DNA from: Candidatus Baldrarchaeota archaeon
GTDB lineage: Archaea; Asgardarchaeota; Baldrarchaeia; Baldrarchaeales; DXJG01
Length of the DNA: 28,139 nucleotides
Direction: 5' to 3'
Assembly (NCBI GenBank): GCA_019056805.1
Contig: DXJG01000017.1
Span: 1-28,139 of the forward strand
Shown here: piece by piece, positions 1 through 9,525 of the stretch
Layout: each line of letters begins with the position of its first letter
How positions within the stretch are numbered: the stretch's first letter is position 1
The notes under the pieces: model-generated
What the model was told of the DNA's origin: nothing
The model's input: the letters and a program-made list of their open reading frames with translations, nothing else
The model's database searches: none
Program-made: the position numbers and the translations under genes

Positions 1-182
1 CCTTCAATCTAAGAAGCTTCAAGAACCTAACAATAAACATCGTAGGGAAAGGATACTTTAACACCCTAAGCAACGGTGAAAAAGAAAAAATAAGATCTCT
101 AATGAAGAAGAAAACACATAATTCAAAGAAAACAACAAAAACCCGCAAAGAAACCACATAAACAAATCTCAAACACAACACC
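1..182 (+). repeat. Left copy of a terminal inverted repeat (partner 27958-28139)
   Basis: Base-by-base comparison with the reverse complement of the window end gives 174/182 identity. Mismatches are at positions 26, 59, 75, 94, 99, 135, 167 and 170, all transitions. Similarity stops abruptly after position 182. Confidence 0.97.
3..161 (+). CDS. 3' end (52 codons) of an unknown protein entering from outside the window
   Basis: Open frame FNLRSFKNLTINIVGKGYFNTLSNGEKEKIRSLMKKKTHNSKKTTKTRKETT* ending at TAA 159-161. The same frame and stop are kept in the right-hand copy, with 3 synonymous and 3 non-synonymous changes (G/S, R/K, T/A). Family not recognised. Confidence 0.6.
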   Translation, partial: FNLRSFKNLTINIVGKGYFNTLSNGEKEKIRSLMKKKTHNSKKTTKTRKETT

Positions 183-352
183 CACAAATAAACCCCTCGA
201 CCCGTAGTTTCACCACTTCACCTAACGACACTAAGCCCTTAAACTCCACGTTTAAGGCTTAACGCGCGCTTAGCCTCAACAACCTCAAAAATCTTACTAC
301 TTAACTCCTCACTCTGTCCATTACCATCCATTTAACACAACACTTCATCATT

Positions 353-384
353 GATTTAATGATTTATTGATTTATCGATTTAAT
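353..384. repeat. Four tandem 8-bp units GATTTA(A/T)(T/C); possible DNA-binding-protein array
   Basis: gatttaat gatttatt gatttatc gatttaat read directly in intergenic sequence. Confidence 0.8.
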
Positions 385-486
385 AAAACAATACTATAAC
401 AAAGTATTAAACTTCTACTATACAAAATTAACACAGAAACCTAAATCCACAAATATAATCCTCACAATGTTAATGTAGTATTTCAG

Positions 487-542
487 CATTACAGTATTAT
501 GTTACATCAACATTACATTATTACATCATTTTATCATAATGC
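487..542. repeat. Degenerate 8-nt-periodic array around (C/T)ATTACAT
   Basis: cattacag tattatgt tacatcaa cattacat tattacat cattttat cataatgc. Related units at 770-777 (cattgcat) and 780-787 (atgtaatg, reverse complement of cattacat). Confidence 0.5.
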
Positions 543-884
543 TATTATTCCACCAAACTAGCAGGTCAAAATATATAGGTTAACTTAGAAACAATAGTTG
601 ATGCCGATACGTCGAGGATCAACTACCTCCAAAGAAGACAAAATATCGATTCTTATCCGAGTTTGTACCTCTACCACGGAAGTGTTTAATTTTAGCTATT
701 TTACCTACCTTAGAAGCCCCATTCCTCCTAGTTCATTAGCTAGACCTCATCGGGAGCTTTCACAACGAACATTGCATTGATGTAATGTATAGTTGAAACG
801 TTGTTGTATTACTTTTCTCCGCTACGGGTATGTGTTTATGGTAAAAATTCGAACTCCCGTATGAAAACATGAATGGTGATCAAA

Positions 885-1109
885 ATGTGCACAAGAAAAA
901 TATACACAAAAAAGAACCCTCCAGTGTTCATATTAGGGCAACTGCAGAAAGCAGTGTGGCAAGGTGAAGTGGCTAAAAAAGAACTTAAAAGTAGCATATG
1001 GAATAGAATACTTCCTTGGAGGAGAAGATACTACATGCACATTATACGGGAAGGTGAAACAGCTAAGAAACGGCTCGAAGAACTCTGGGAGTCACTGCCA
1101 GACGAATAA
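885..1109 (+). CDS. Small basic hypothetical protein (~74 aa)
   Basis: ORF 873-1109. GGTGA at 875-879 sits 5 nt before ATG 885, which suggests that start. No family recognised. Confidence 0.5.
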   Translation: MCTRKIYTKKNPPVFILGQLQKAVWQGEVAKKELKSSIWNRILPWRRRYYMHIIREGETAKKRLEELWESLPDE

Positions 1110-1186
1110 TTTAATCTCCTCTCTTTTTCATATACTCTTCATATGCCCTTGTTAACTCTTCTGATTTTGCCAAGAAGAACTGATTC

Positions 1187-1396
1187 TCATACATTGCTAA
1201 CCAAGACCAGTGGGTAGGTCCCAAGAGAATTAATGAAATTGTGAGGACCAGATCCCAAACGTTGCGTATCAGTGAAAACTAAGGTCGAACGAACCAGCAT
1301 GAATGTGACAGTTGAGCGTAAACATCCTTCTCCACATCTACTAATCTCATAAAATATCTCGCCATTTACACGACGCTTAAAGCCCTGAGGCAACAA
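1187..1396 (-). pseudogene. Possible degenerate C-terminal fragment of a DDE transposase (IS4/IS5/IS701-like)
   Basis: FKRRVNGEIFYEISR fits a Y-x2-R-x3-E-x6-K-type motif with F for Y and R for K. No upstream D residues or IS ends were identified. Confidence 0.3.
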
Positions 1397-2207
1397 CGCT
1401 TCAACAACCCAGAGGCATTATAAACACTTATCTTAAACAAGAGAAAGATCCTTAGACGTGACCCTATCCTGAATTCATCGCCAAAAAACAAAATACTTCC
1501 TCTGATTACATTTAAGTTTCATAATAACACCGTAAATACATAACAACTACTATAAATAATTAGTTCTTGATTTAAAACTTGCAGAATAGCCTCGTCTTTT
1601 GGCGGAACTTCAATGTAAGGGGACCCTAGGAAACTTTATTGTTAAAATTGAGGCAAGACTACCAGCTAATGGGTATATGATACCAACGCAGATAGCTGCA
1701 TTATTTGAAACAAGGGCGCTTAAACTAAATGCATCACCCACCTACCCACCCCCCTTATATGTATTAGGTAATGGTATAGGTATATATTGCGTTTGTCGGC
1801 TTAAGTGTACGTAAACCCTAGGTATCATAATAATATTTCTCTTGAGGTCGGTTCCCTTGACTCTAATAGTTTTTCAGTTCCTCCGACACATTTACCCTAC
1901 AGGTTAACGAGGAAAATTGCTGCTGATTACGCCCTTAGAAGCAAAATCTCCACCAAAGTGGGGAGGATGTCGATTTTTAAGCTCGGCCTCTGTACATCTA
2001 ATTTCTTTTGATGAATATAGATGTTGTCATGCTGGAGGAGTGTGATGCGAGAAGCTTGAAGAAGGGAGGTTTGAAAACGGTAACAATGGTAACATAACCA
2101 TACAACCAAAACGGAAAATATCACTAAGAATAAGGATGAGGAACTCGTAAATACATTTACTTTTATGTGGTAACAATAAGGTAATTAATGGTATCAGAGG
2201 TGATGTG

Positions 2208-2620
2208 ATGTTTACTTGGGAGGAACGTGCAAAAAGGGTTAAAGAACTTAGAGAAAAAGGATACACCTACAGAGAAATAGCAAAAAAGATGAAATGTCTT
2301 TTAGAGACATATCGAGGATTCTAAAAGGGGAAGAAAGGAAAGATGAAATAGATAAGCTTATGGAGAAAGTGAACGCAATCGAGAGGTGGATAACCCTTAG
2401 CAATAAGCAAGTGAACCTACTAAACAAAAAGGTGGAGGAAATCGGAAAAATCCTAGCCGATCCATACGAAAAATACAAGAAACTAAACAAAGAATCGGAA
2501 TTCGTAGTAATAGAGAAATATGTATGCCCTCAATGCGGACAGGCTGGATACGTCACCGTAAAAGTAAAATGCACAAAATGCGGGTACGAAAACTGGTGGG
2601 GCCACTGGAAATTCACATAA
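2208..2620 (+). pseudogene. HTH + coiled-coil + Zn-ribbon protein split by a -1 frameshift near 2282-2294
   Basis: SD GAGGTGA, then ATG 2208 gives MFTWEERAKRVKELREKGYTYREIAKKM (frame stops at 2322-2324). The -1 frame continues MSFRDISRILKG, completing an HTH, then a helical segment and CPQC...CTKC. Confidence 0.8.
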
Positions 2621-2762
2621 AACCCACACCAAGCCCATAAACAAAACCCACAAAGCACCCCTATCACAAACCAACCCAATAATCATAAAACCCTATCTAT
2701 ATCTTATTACCTAAGTAACAAGAACAAAAAGAAAAAATCAAAAATAATATTAAACCTGAAAA

Positions 2763-4370
2763 TTAAGAACAATAACCACATAACTTCAAAACCATATGCT
2801 CAAATCTCAGTAAAACATCTATAAAAGGAGCCAACATTTTAATTTTCCCAAAAATATTCCTCAAATTATCAATATCCTCCTCTTTAATCGCTCCCATGAC
2901 TGGTACTAAAACCAAATAAAATCCAACAAAAATCATCACAGCTAAAAACAAGTTAACTAAACAGCCAAACAAAGAAAAATAAGTAACCACCACAAAAACA
3001 GGAATTGCCGATAGAAAAGCAGCCAAATAAATCTTCACAACACTCTTCACGTCAAAACTCATACCAAACCTACACACAGCAACCCGCAACGCATACGCCA
3101 GCGACGTAACACCCGATATAATCATCGACACAATTAACCCCGGAACACCGTAAAACATTGTCAAAACCAAACCCAAAGGAACCCCAACAAAACAATTCAT
3201 CAAACTAATCCTAAAACTTATCTCCGTTCTACCAATTCCATTAAAGAAACTACTGACTACTAACGAGAATCCTATGTAAAGATAAGTTAAAACTAGCAAC
3301 GTCAAGAAAAACGGTGCCAAACTATACTTCACGCCGTAAAGAAAATAAACCAAGTCCTTAGAAATCAACGCAACAAGCATAGACGCCGGAACAATAACCA
3401 ACAAAATATACTTCAACGAATACCTAAAAAACTTCCTCAACTCACCTCTTTCCTTATTCAAATCAAATTTTGAAAAAGCAGGAAACAAAGCCGTAGATAT
3501 CGGAATCGCCAAAACACTAAGCAAAGAAAGAAAATTAGAAGCAACCATATAATTTCCTATCTCAAAATCTGAAGTAAACCACGCCAACACCATAGACCGA
3601 AACTGGCCTAAAAAGCTCAACAAGAGAACAGAAGAATAAAGAGGAACACCAAACCTAAACATAAAACGCAAATCCTCAAAAAAATTAAACTTCAAACCAG
3701 GATTACTATGCTCCCTATAAATCCTATAAACAATCAACACACCCAACAAACCCGCCACAACATAACTCACCATATGACCAACAAGCGCACCCATAATCCC
3801 AAAACCCAAAACAATAAGAAGTGGCGCCAAAACAACCTTCACAACAGACTCCGTCACCGAAGTCGCCGCACTCAACTCCATCCTATCCAAACCAACAAAA
3901 ACACTCTTAGTCGTGTTAAACAGTATCTGACAAATAATCAACAAAGACACTAATCGAATAAAAAACCCTATACCCGGCCTCTTCAAAACATACAAAGCAA
4001 AAAAATCTGAAAAAACAAACGAAACCAAAAAAAGCAAACATCCTACCGACAACTTAAACAAAAACCCATTTCTAATCAAACTCGCAACCCTAGCTTTCTC
4101 CCCTTCAACCCTGAACTGAGCCAAATACTTAATCAAAGCAGAATTAACACCAAAATCAGCAAACAATAACAAAAACCCGGGAACAATCAAAGAAACAGAA
4201 TACAAACCATAACTATCTGGACCCAACAAACGAGCAATAATAATCGAAGCCAACGCCAAAACAAATGTCGCAACCGTACTCCCCGTGAAAAGAAACAAAC
4301 CACCCCTAACAGAAACCTCCGCAACCTCCACAATCTTATTCAACGACCCCCTAGAATCATTTGCACTCAT
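2763..4370 (-). CDS. Wzx-like oligosaccharide flippase (MOP/polysaccharide biosynthesis exporter family)
   Basis: ~535 aa, ~14 hydrophobic segments, IARLLGPDSYGLYS, FADFGVNSALIKY and LFPAFS motifs. ATG 4370 follows GGTGGTGA (the ORF track extends to GTG 4385). Confidence 0.93.
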   Translation of the reverse strand: MSANDSRGSLNKIVEVAEVSVRGGLFLFTGSTVATFVLALASIIIARLLGPDSYGLYSVSLIVPGFLLLFADFGVNSALIKYLAQFRVEGEKARVASLIRNGFLFKLSVGCLLFLVSFVFSDFFALYVLKRPGIGFFIRLVSLLIICQILFNTTKSVFVGLDRMELSAATSVTESVVKVVLAPLLIVLGFGIMGALVGHMVSYVVAGLLGVLIVYRIYREHSNPGLKFNFFEDLRFMFRFGVPLYSSVLLLSFLGQFRSMVLAWFTSDFEIGNYMVASNFLSLLSVLAIPISTALFPAFSKFDLNKERGELRKFFRYSLKYILLVIVPASMLVALISKDLVYFLYGVKYSLAPFFLTLLVLTYLYIGFSLVVSSFFNGIGRTEISFRISLMNCFVGVPLGLVLTMFYGVPGLIVSMIISGVTSLAYALRVAVCRFGMSFDVKSVVKIYLAAFLSAIPVFVVVTYFSLFGCLVNLFLAVMIFVGFYLVLVPVMGAIKEEDIDNLRNIFGKIKMLAPFIDVLLRFEHMVLKLCGYCS

Positions 4371-4451
4371 ATTACTAATCACCACCCAAAACCGTACATG
4401 TCATTCAAACACTCCATCAACAACCTACTAAATTAACAACATGCAACAAAA

Positions 4452-6125
4452 CTAGCTCATAAGATAAACCAAATAGGTATTTCCTGCATCAAAAACACGA
4501 TTCGAGCCAACAAGCAAAGAAGCTTTTTCCAAACTTTCAACTGCTAATGAAGCATCAACATAAAAATATGGGAAAGCGTAAAGTCTAGGGGAAAAAACAA
4601 TCAAACCAGCATACCTATAAACTTGATCTGCAGGTACACGACTAAACCAAATGAACTTCGATGCCCTAATACTACTATTATACTTCACAGCAAAAAACAT
4701 AAACTGAGGAACATCTTTATCAGGAACAATAACCCTCCTAGAATCACCATAAAAACAAATAACATACCTATAAACCTCTATTTCAGAACTAGAAGGATGA
4801 TAAAAGGAAACAATTGAAAACTTAACCAGAAAAGAACAAAACAACAGACCAAAAACAGCAAACAACAATAGAAACCTACCAAAAACCTTAACCACTCTTC
4901 CCCCAACCCTAAGAAAACTAAAGGAGAAAGGTAATGTTAAAGCTAAAGGCAAACCAACAAAAATAAAAAATCTATCATAAACACCAGAAACACCAAAAAA
5001 CACCAAAGGAAAAACAAAACAATTAGAAACAATCCACAAAAGCAAAAACCTACCAGAAACATTCCTGCAACCCTTTACAAAAACATAAAACAACACGCAA
5101 ATAAAAATCAAAATCGTTTCTAAAAAGCCAAGAAAAATCTTCAAAACAACAATAAAACGATAAGAAGGAGAAAAAACTTCAAGAAAACCAAAAGAAAAAA
5201 CATAAAACAAAAACTCAACACCCTTAGCAGAAACAACATTCCAAACACGAAAGACATACCCTAAAATACTCAATTTCAAAAAATCCATCAAAAACCACAT
5301 AAAACCAGAAAACAAAAAAACGAGAAAAACTCTAACAAAAAAGCTTCCAAAACCCAGAAACGAAAACCAAAAAAGAAAGTTCACACCCAAAACAACAGGA
5401 GTAAGGGGATGAACAAAAAACAAACATAACAAAACAACACCAAAAAGAAAAATCCAGGAAAAAACCTTCCTAAAAGACTTATTACCACCACGAACAAAGA
5501 TTTTAGAGGAAATTAAACACCCGACACAGTAAAGCATGAAAGCAAAGGCCTGACGGCAAAAATGATCTTGATGAGCCCAATAAAAACTCATGAAAAAAAG
5601 AACAGAAAAGCCAGCAAATCCCTCTTTATCTAATTTCCTAAAAATACAATAAACCAAAACACTAGTAAAAATATAGAATAGGAGGCGAAACCACTTCATC
5701 AAAAACCAAACATCAAAACCAGAAACGAGACAAAAAACACTCCATACAATTAAAAACCCAGGACTTTCGTGCCCATGAGCAAAAACACCACCCCCACCCC
5801 TCAAAAAATCAACGACACCAGCACCATAAAAATAAACATCAGAAAACCAAGGATTAACAAACAAACCTTCAAAAGTCAACCAAATAAAAAACACCAGCAA
5901 AAAACTTGAGAATTTCCTCAAGAACCCAAAGCCAAACAAAACAGCATATAAAAGAACAATAACACCAAACCAAAACACAAAAGACAAACCGGAAAGAACA
6001 ACAAAAACACCGGGAGACAAAGAATCAAAAGAACGAAAAGAAACAAAAACTTCAAAAATAGCCAAAAGCAAACCCAAACAAAAAATAACAAAACAAAAAG
6101 AAAAACTGTATTTCAACCAATACAC
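4452..6125 (-). CDS. Polytopic membrane protein with a C-terminal soluble domain; candidate glycan polymerase or GT-C-like transferase
   Basis: 557 aa with more than 10 TM segments and polar loop motifs (SDVYFY, HESPGF, HQDHFCRQ, FVHP). Lies next to the flippase. Function is inferred. Confidence 0.7.
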   Translation of the reverse strand: MYWLKYSFSFCFVIFCLGLLLAIFEVFVSFRSFDSLSPGVFVVLSGLSFVFWFGVIVLLYAVLFGFGFLRKFSSFLLVFFIWLTFEGLFVNPWFSDVYFYGAGVVDFLRGGGGVFAHGHESPGFLIVWSVFCLVSGFDVWFLMKWFRLLFYIFTSVLVYCIFRKLDKEGFAGFSVLFFMSFYWAHQDHFCRQAFAFMLYCVGCLISSKIFVRGGNKSFRKVFSWIFLFGVVLLCLFFVHPLTPVVLGVNFLFWFSFLGFGSFFVRVFLVFLFSGFMWFLMDFLKLSILGYVFRVWNVVSAKGVEFLFYVFSFGFLEVFSPSYRFIVVLKIFLGFLETILIFICVLFYVFVKGCRNVSGRFLLLWIVSNCFVFPLVFFGVSGVYDRFFIFVGLPLALTLPFSFSFLRVGGRVVKVFGRFLLLFAVFGLLFCSFLVKFSIVSFYHPSSSEIEVYRYVICFYGDSRRVIVPDKDVPQFMFFAVKYNSSIRASKFIWFSRVPADQVYRYAGLIVFSPRLYAFPYFYVDASLAVESLEKASLLVGSNRVFDAGNTYLVYLMS

Positions 6126-6265
6126 CTAGCACTCTAACTTTTTAACATACGTTTGTTGCTGCATTTATAACCTCCATCTTCGTGGCTAGAAAAGCATTGC
6201 TAGCATGCTTAATTAATTCGGTATTGGATATAATAACCTTTAACAATGGAGGAATATTTTTCACT

Positions 6266-7696
6266 TTATGAGTGTAACTTAATCCTAAAAATTCTGTACT
6301 TCTCGCTATAATTCATTCTTTTTATCAGAGTAGGGGACTGATCGTAAAATACGTTAAGGGATTTACCGTCTGTATCATGAGGAAGAGGCAATCCTAAGCA
6401 CGTAAGTATTGTGGGAACTATATCATATACACTTATGTTACCGATTCCTACATTCTTTAATAAATCGTCACCGTAAGCTATGAATATTCCGTCCTTATGA
6501 TGGTCAACATGGTTATAGCTTATCAACTCATTTATTTCGTTAGAACACCAGCTATCTTCCCTAGGGACACATATCAGATCTGGCGCGTAACTCACGTAAG
6601 GCCCCCAGTATATGTCCTGTGAGTAATAAATTCTCTTGATATATGGAATCTTAGAAAGAATTTTATATACTTCTTCGCATGCATTTTTACTAACACAGTA
6701 AATGCCCCATGAACCGTTTTCTATCATGAAGGCCTTAGAACGAGCGTAATCTACTGTAATTTCCTTTGATAATAACTTCCTGAGAATCCTCAGTCCATAT
6801 TTTACAATTTTATTCTGCAACGGCTTAGGCAGCAAATGCAACCTAGTCTCTTCCACAAATGGTGTTATTTTAGGTTTATTAGTAACTGTAAGAAGCCCGT
6901 AGTCCCTTAGAACAGCGTTTACTTGGACAACATATTTATAAAATTTAAAACCATGATCAGAAACTACAAAAATAACTTCGCTATTTTCATGCAACTTTTT
7001 AATGTACTCATCTATAATGTTAAATATTCTGGCGACCTTGTTAAGACCTCTACCGAATTGAAGCTCTGGAAATCTATGTTGGATCCAATCAAGCTCACTG
7101 AAAACTATAATGAATAGGTCCCAGTCAAAATTTTTTATAAGATCATATAAGGCGTTTCCTTCTAGCTGGAGATTCTCTACAAGCATGTTAACGTATTCAT
7201 CGTCGCTAATTTTGCTTGAAAACCATATATGAGGGGGCCTTCTCATCAACTCTTTATATTTACTCAGAATATTCTCTGGATATGCTTTAATTTTAGGTGC
7301 TGCCCAGTCGGTCACAACAATATACTTTTTCGGAGATATAGCCTGCAATGGATACGTAAGCGGAACATTAATTACGATACTATTTAAACCATGCATAGAA
7401 AGCATTTCAAAAACTCTAGGATATTTTACTGATAAACTGCTTGCTAAACTAAATTTAAATCCTTTAGAGATTCTTCTTACATCATGAAAACCATATACTC
7501 CGTGCTTACCAGGATTAACGCCAGTAAATATACTTGTCCAAGCTGGCGGGGTGTACGGAGGTATAGTTGATTTTAAAATACCTCTTACGCCATTCGAGCA
7601 TAGTTTCCTCAAATGAGGCATAGCGCCAAACTCAAAGATCGCGTTTAGAAACTTCCAAGACATGCCATCCAGGCCGATGAGAGAGATTTTCTTCAT
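6266..7696 (-). CDS. Alkaline-phosphatase-superfamily, nucleotide pyrophosphatase/phosphodiesterase-like enzyme (paralog 1)
   Basis: LIGLDG, STIPPYTPPAWTSIFTGVNPGKHG (Thr nucleophile region), SELDWIQH, VVSDHGF, DHH. No signal peptide. Confidence 0.92.
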   Translation of the reverse strand: MKKISLIGLDGMSWKFLNAIFEFGAMPHLRKLCSNGVRGILKSTIPPYTPPAWTSIFTGVNPGKHGVYGFHDVRRISKGFKFSLASSLSVKYPRVFEMLSMHGLNSIVINVPLTYPLQAISPKKYIVVTDWAAPKIKAYPENILSKYKELMRRPPHIWFSSKISDDEYVNMLVENLQLEGNALYDLIKNFDWDLFIIVFSELDWIQHRFPELQFGRGLNKVARIFNIIDEYIKKLHENSEVIFVVSDHGFKFYKYVVQVNAVLRDYGLLTVTNKPKITPFVEETRLHLLPKPLQNKIVKYGLRILRKLLSKEITVDYARSKAFMIENGSWGIYCVSKNACEEVYKILSKIPYIKRIYYSQDIYWGPYVSYAPDLICVPREDSWCSNEINELISYNHVDHHKDGIFIAYGDDLLKNVGIGNISVYDIVPTILTCLGLPLPHDTDGKSLNVFYDQSPTLIKRMNYSEKYRIFRIKLHS

Positions 7697-7729
7697 ATGC
7701 TTTAACCCACGTTCGAATCGTATAGTTAA

Positions 7730-8325
7730 TGCTTACTCTTAACTCTGGACCTTACATATGGGTCTGTAGATTTCACGTAAAGTATAATTCACGATCTCCT
7801 TGATAATGCTTCTTCAAATCTGCATCTTTCTTTCGCCAAGTGATAACATTCGATGAAATCTCTTTATGATTTTCCAGAAGGATGATGTTTTTATTAATAG
7901 ATCTTATGATAGCAAGGCTTTGAACGCAAAATTATTATGCACGTTCCTGATGCTTTTTACATCGAAAGGAGGAAGTATTATTCTCAAAGGTATAAAGGTA
8001 TTCTTATTAACATCTGTCGAGAATGAACATGTGGCTGGCGTAAAATATTCTTCTCACATCAACTACGACTTTGACATTGCACAGCTCGTAGAGATAGCTA
8101 AAGACCCCGTGCTTCGATGTACTTAACAGCTAATATATCCTCTAAATGTGCGATCCTATTCTCTGTCTCTCAGCAAGCTATGGGGTGTCCTCCGAGGGGG
8201 TAATCAACATTTTCTTTTTCCTATTTTTCGTAAAGGATGAAGAAGGGTTCCCTTAAATCGTACCGCTTGAACATTCTGGCTACATTTAAATCACTTCTAA
8301 AGTCATCAAAGCTGAAATGGTAATT
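7730..8325 (-). pseudogene. Decayed polysaccharide deacetylase (NodB/CE4-like)
   Basis: Fragments in different frames, in the expected order: HFSFDDFRSDLNVARMFKRYDLREPFFI (SFDD at ~8302-8317), YPLGGHP (8185-8193) and GVFSYLYELCNVKVV (8088-8102). Multiple stops and frameshifts. Boundaries are approximate. Confidence 0.55.
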
Positions 8326-8331
8326 ATTAAA

Positions 8332-9498
8332 TTATTCAGATTTGAGAGCTTTTCTATAAACAACGGCAGTCTCCCGGGCTGTTTTCTCCCAAGTAAACTT
8401 AAGAGATCTTTCGTAAAGCTTGTTACCCAAATATTCGATACATCTTGGATCATTTATCAATTCAAGTATCCTTATAGACAGAGCTTTATAGTCTAATGGA
8501 GAAACATAAATGCCATATTTGCCGGCGATCTCATGGAATGTTGGTATGTCAGATACTATTACTGGTTTTGCACAACTCATAGCTTCCAGCACAGGCATAC
8601 CAAAGCCCTCATGCCACGAAGGATAAACAAATACGTCAGCGGCGCAGTAGACAAAGGGTAAATCTGCTTCCTTGACGAAGGGGATAAATACAACATAACC
8701 TCTAAGATGAGGGTCTTTGTTAACAATTCTGCCAAATCTTTCAAGATGACCCGGACCAGCCAACAAAAGGCATATTTTGATGCTTTTCTTCCTTAACTCA
8801 TGTATTGCACGAATTATTGTCTCAACATTTTTAAACGGTACAGCTGCTGATAAATGTACTACTATTTTTGTATTATTTTTTATATTAAGGGAGTATCGCT
8901 TTTTGATATATTCGAGAGAATAATTTTTATCAATCCTTCTAAATATACTATGATCAACGCCATGATGTACCACAAACACCTTATCGGGATTTATATGAAG
9001 CTTTTCTACTAGAATTCGTTTGCATTCATGCGAAACAGCAATGATGGCATATAATGGCTTTACAAGTTCTCTCCAGTTAAAGATAGCCAAAGCCCTAAAA
9101 CCTAAAGTAAACGGGGCGTAACTCCTTATGTGCGATTTCATCTTGCGCCAGAGATTTGGTGGGAGGATGAAGGGATAAACTCCGTGATTGGTAATCACCG
9201 CGGGGACTTGAAGATCCAGAGCTCTTAGTATGGAAAGTATTAATGGCGGACCTTGATTGATGAACGGTACACCTAAAGGACCGATATCGGTTAGATGAAG
9301 TAAGTCAACATCCTTAATTTCCCGAAGAAAGAGGAAGTTACGATAAAGAAAATATTTCCTGAAATTAAATTCCGTGGTATCCAATATTACAGGTTTGTAT
9401 CCGTACTTTGGAAGTTCTTTCGTCAAGTTCTCTGTGTATCTTCTTATACTCAAATGAGTTCGTTTCTTATCAAATATTATGCCAAGTTTTATTGGCAA
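8332..9498 (-). CDS. GT4 (GT-B fold) glycosyltransferase
   Basis: VVHHGVD and ADVFVYPSWHEGFGMPVLEAMSCAKPVIVSD (E-x7-E motif). Confidence 0.95.
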   Translation of the reverse strand: MPIKLGIIFDKKRTHLSIRRYTENLTKELPKYGYKPVILDTTEFNFRKYFLYRNFLFLREIKDVDLLHLTDIGPLGVPFINQGPPLILSILRALDLQVPAVITNHGVYPFILPPNLWRKMKSHIRSYAPFTLGFRALAIFNWRELVKPLYAIIAVSHECKRILVEKLHINPDKVFVVHHGVDHSIFRRIDKNYSLEYIKKRYSLNIKNNTKIVVHLSAAVPFKNVETIIRAIHELRKKSIKICLLLAGPGHLERFGRIVNKDPHLRGYVVFIPFVKEADLPFVYCAADVFVYPSWHEGFGMPVLEAMSCAKPVIVSDIPTFHEIAGKYGIYVSPLDYKALSIRILELINDPRCIEYLGNKLYERSLKFTWEKTARETAVVYRKALKSE

Positions 9499-9525
9499 TG
9501 AGCTCTCCCTTATTTGTGTTTAAAC

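Noticed and set aside
190-331. 30-codon minus-strand ORF (239-331) that might continue via a frameshift, with an imperfect hairpin at 232-261
   Set aside because: Could be a gene remnant, but no family was recognised and the evidence is too weak.
353-542. CRISPR array
   Set aside because: Units are 8 nt with no spacers, and there are no cas genes.
598-780. 60-aa plus-strand ORF and stop-interrupted minus-strand frames
   Set aside because: No SD site or motif. It cannot be distinguished from decayed non-coding DNA.
1500-2200. Short ORFs 1599-1814, 1805-2011 and 1927-2124, and repeated GGTAACAAT (2079, 2169)
   Set aside because: No recognisable family in any frame I translated. The 9-mer repeat is too short to support a claim.
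7866-8126. 86-aa plus-strand ORF inside the cluster
   Set aside because: It is antisense to the deacetylase remnant and against cluster orientation, with no motifs.
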